Assembly (NCBI GenBank): GCA_964016885.1
Contig: OZ024741.1
Location: forward strand, 265,856,001 to 265,920,000
Reading direction: 5' to 3'
From: Eledone cirrhosa
Lineage: Eukaryota
Length of the DNA stretch: 64,000 nucleotides
Positions 60,201 to 64,000 of this stretch are shown piece by piece. The notes under the pieces were generated by a model that was given only the letters and a program-made list of their open reading frames with translations, did no database searches and was not told where the DNA came from. Every line of letters begins with the position of its first letter. Within the stretch, counting starts at the first letter, position 1. The position numbers and the translations under genes are program-made.

Positions 60201-63200
60201 CAAACAGTCTCTCACACACAAACAATCTCTCACACACAAACACTCTCTCATACACAAACACTCTCTCACACAAACACTCTCTCACACACAAACACTCTCT
60301 CACACATAAACACTCTCTCACACACAAATACTCTCTCACACACAAACACTCTCTCACACATAAACACTCTCTGACACACAAACACCATCATACACAAACA
60401 CTCTCTCACACACAAACACTCTCTCACACACAAATACTCTCTCACACACAATCACTCTCTCACACACAAACACTCTCTCACACACAAACACTCTCTCACA
60501 CACAAACACTCTCTCACACACAAACACTCTCTCATACACAAACACTCTCTCACACACAAACACTCTCTCACACACAAATACTCTCTCACACACAATCACT
60601 CTCTCACACACAAACACTCTCTCACACACAAACACTCTCTCACACATAAACACTCTCTCACACACAAACACCATCATACACAAACACTCTCTCACACACA
60701 AACACTCTCTCACACACAAACACTCTCTCACACACAAACACTCTCTCATACACAAACACTCTCTCACACACAAACACTCTCTCACACACAAATACTCTCT
60801 CACACACAAACACTCTCTCATACACAAACAGTCTCTCACACACAAACAATCTCTCACACACAAACACTCTCTCACACACAAACACTCTCTCATACACAAA
60901 CACTCTCTCAAACACAAACACTCTCTCACACACAAATACTCTCTCACACACAATCACTCTCTCACACACAAACACTCTCTCACACACAAACACTCTCTCA
61001 CACATAAACACTCTCTAACACACAAACACCATCATACACAAACACTCTCTTACACACAAACACTCTCTCACACACAAACACTCTCTCACACACAAACACT
61101 CTCTCTCACACAAACACTCTCTCATACACAAACACTCTCTCACACACAAACACTCTCTCACACACAAACACTCTCTCACACAGAAACACTCTCTCTCACA
61201 CAAACACTCTCTCATACACAATCACTCTCTCACACACAAACACTCTCTCACACACAAATACTCTCTCACACACAAACACTCTCTCACACATAAACACTCT
61301 CTGACACACAAACACCATCATACACAAACACTCTCTCACACACAAACACTCTCTCACACACAAACACTCTCTCCCACACAAACACTCTCTCATACACAAA
61401 CACTCTCTCACACAAACACTCTCTCACACACAAACACTCTCTCACACACAAACACCCTCATACACAGACACTCTCTCATACACAAACACTCTCTCACACA
61501 GAAACACTCTCTCACACACAAACACTCTCTCATACACAAACACTCTCTCACACACAAACACTCCCTCACACACAAACACTTTCTCACATACAAACTATCT
61601 GATACACAAACACTCTCTCACACATAAACACTCTCTCATACACAAACACTCTCTCACACACAAACACTTTCTCACACACAAACACTCTCTCACTCACAAA
61701 CACCATCATACACAAACACTCTCTCACACACAAACACTCTCTCACACACAAACACTCTCTCCCACACAAACACTCTCTCATACACAAACACTCTCTCACA
61801 CAAACACTCTCTCACACACAAACACTCTCTCACACACAAACACCCTCATACACAAACACTCTCTCATGCACAAACAACCTCTCACACACAAACAGTCTCT
61901 CACACACAAACACTCTCTCATACACAAACACTCTCTCATACACAAACACTCTCTCACACACAAACACTCTCTCACACACAAACACTCTCTCACACACAAA
62001 CACTCTCTCTCAGACAAACACTCTCTCGTACACAAACACTCTCTCACACACAAACACTCTCTCACACCCAAACACTCTATCACACATGCACACTCTCACA
62101 CACAAACACTCTCTCACACAAACACTCTCTCACACACTAACAGTCTCTCACACAGAAACACTCTCTCTCACACAAACACCCTCATACACAGACACTCTCT
62201 CATACACAAACACTCTCTCACACAGAAACACTCTCTCATACACAAACACTCTCTCACACACAAACACTCCCTCACACACAAACACTCTCTCACACACAAA
62301 CACTCTCTCATACACAAACACTCTCTCACACACAAACACTCCCTCACACACAAACACTCTCGCACACACAAACACTTTCTCACATACAAACTATCTGATA
62401 CACAAACACTCTCTCACACATAAACACTCTCTCATACACAAACACTCTCTCACACACAAACACTTTCTCACACACAAACACTCTCTCACACACAAACACT
62501 CTCTCACACACAAACACTCTCTCACACACAAACACTCTCTCATACACAAACACTCTCTCATGCACAAACAACCTCTCACACACAAACAGTCTCTCACACA
62601 CAAACACTCTCTCATACACAAACACTCTCTCATACACAAACACTCTCTCACACACAAACACTCTCTCACACACAAACACTCTCTCACACACAAACACTCT
62701 CTCTCACACAAACACTCTCTCGTACACAAACACTCTCTCACACACAAACACACTCTCTCATACAATAGCTCTCTCACACACAAACACTCTCTCACACAAA
62801 CACTCTCTCACACACAAACACTCTCTCACACACAAACACTCTCTCACACACAAACACTCTCTCACACAAACACTCTAACACACAAACACTCTCTCACACA
62901 CAAACACTCTGTCACACACAAACACTCTCTCACACACAAACACTTTCTCACACACAAACACTCTCTCACACACAAACACTCTCTCACACAAACTCTCTCA
63001 CACACAAACACTCTCTCGCACAAACACTCTCTCACACACAAACACTGTCTCACACACAAACACTCTCTCATACACAAACACTCTCTCACACACAAACACC
63101 CTCTCACACACAAACACTCTCTCACACACAAACACTCTCTCACACACAAACACTCTCTCATACACAAACACTCTCTCACACACAAACACTCTCTCACTCA

Positions 63201-64000
63201 CAAACACTCTCTCACACACAAATACTCTCTCACACACAAACACTCTCTCACACACAAACACTCTCTCATACTCAAACACTCTCTCACACACAAACACTCT
63301 CTCACACACAAACACTCTCTCACACACAAACACTCTCTCACACCCAAACACTCTATCACACATGCACACTCTCACACACAAACACTCTCTCACACAAACA
63401 CTCTCTCACACACTAACAGTCTCTCACACACAAACACTCTCTCACACACAAACACTCTCTCACACACGTACACTCTCACACACAAACACTCTCTCACACA
63501 CAAACACTCTCTCACACATAAACACTCTCTCACACACAAACACCATCATACACAAACACTCTCTCGCACACAAACACTCTCTCACACACAAACACTCTCT
63601 CACACACAAACACTCTCTCACACAGAAACACTCTCTCACACCCAAACACTCTATCACACACGCACACTCTCGCACACAAACACTCTCTCATACACAAACA
63701 CTCTCTCATGCACAAACACCCTCTCACACACAAACACTCTCTCACACACAAACACTCTCTCACACACAAACACTCTCTCATACACAAACACTCTCTCACA
63801 CACAAACACTCTCTCACACATAAACACTCTCTCACACACAAACACCATCATACACAAACACTCTCTCACACACAAACACTCTCTCACACACAAACACTCT
63901 CTCTCACACAAACACTCTCTCATACACAAACACTCTCTCACACACAAACACTCTCTCACACACAAACACTCTCTCTCACACAAACACTCTCTCGTACACA
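48290..64000. repeat. 18-bp satellite CACACACAAACACTCTCT, >15 kb, continuing past the window end
   Basis: Irregular CA/CT to ~48960, then a homogeneous 18-mer. Confidence 0.97.

Overview
Eukaryotic, gene-poor, extremely repeat-rich DNA. The tRNA-SINE families and microsatellite load suggest a mollusc, probably an octopod cephalopod (inference). No host protein-coding gene can be supported: nearly all supplied ORFs are microsatellite translation artefacts. Real coding remnants are retroelement fragments: R4/Dong-like restriction-like endonuclease (RLE) ends, RTE 3' zinc-finger ends and a decayed Penelope-like RT. The main signal, invisible in the ORF track, is about 16 type I hammerhead ribozyme (HHR) motifs from roughly 9 sequence families between 4 and 42 kb, mostly in short non-coding modules inserted in (TA)n. 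These include a near-identical 457-bp x3.6 array and a ~420-bp x1.65 array with one intact HHR per unit (retrozyme-like, predicted circular RNA), plus palindromic snap-back modules. Other themes: retroelement families partitioned by microsatellite type, a shared RTE 3' stem-loop, and a 42-bp island duplicated in inverted orientation that anchors a >15-kb 18-mer satellite. Structures were read by eye; coordinates may be off by a few bases.
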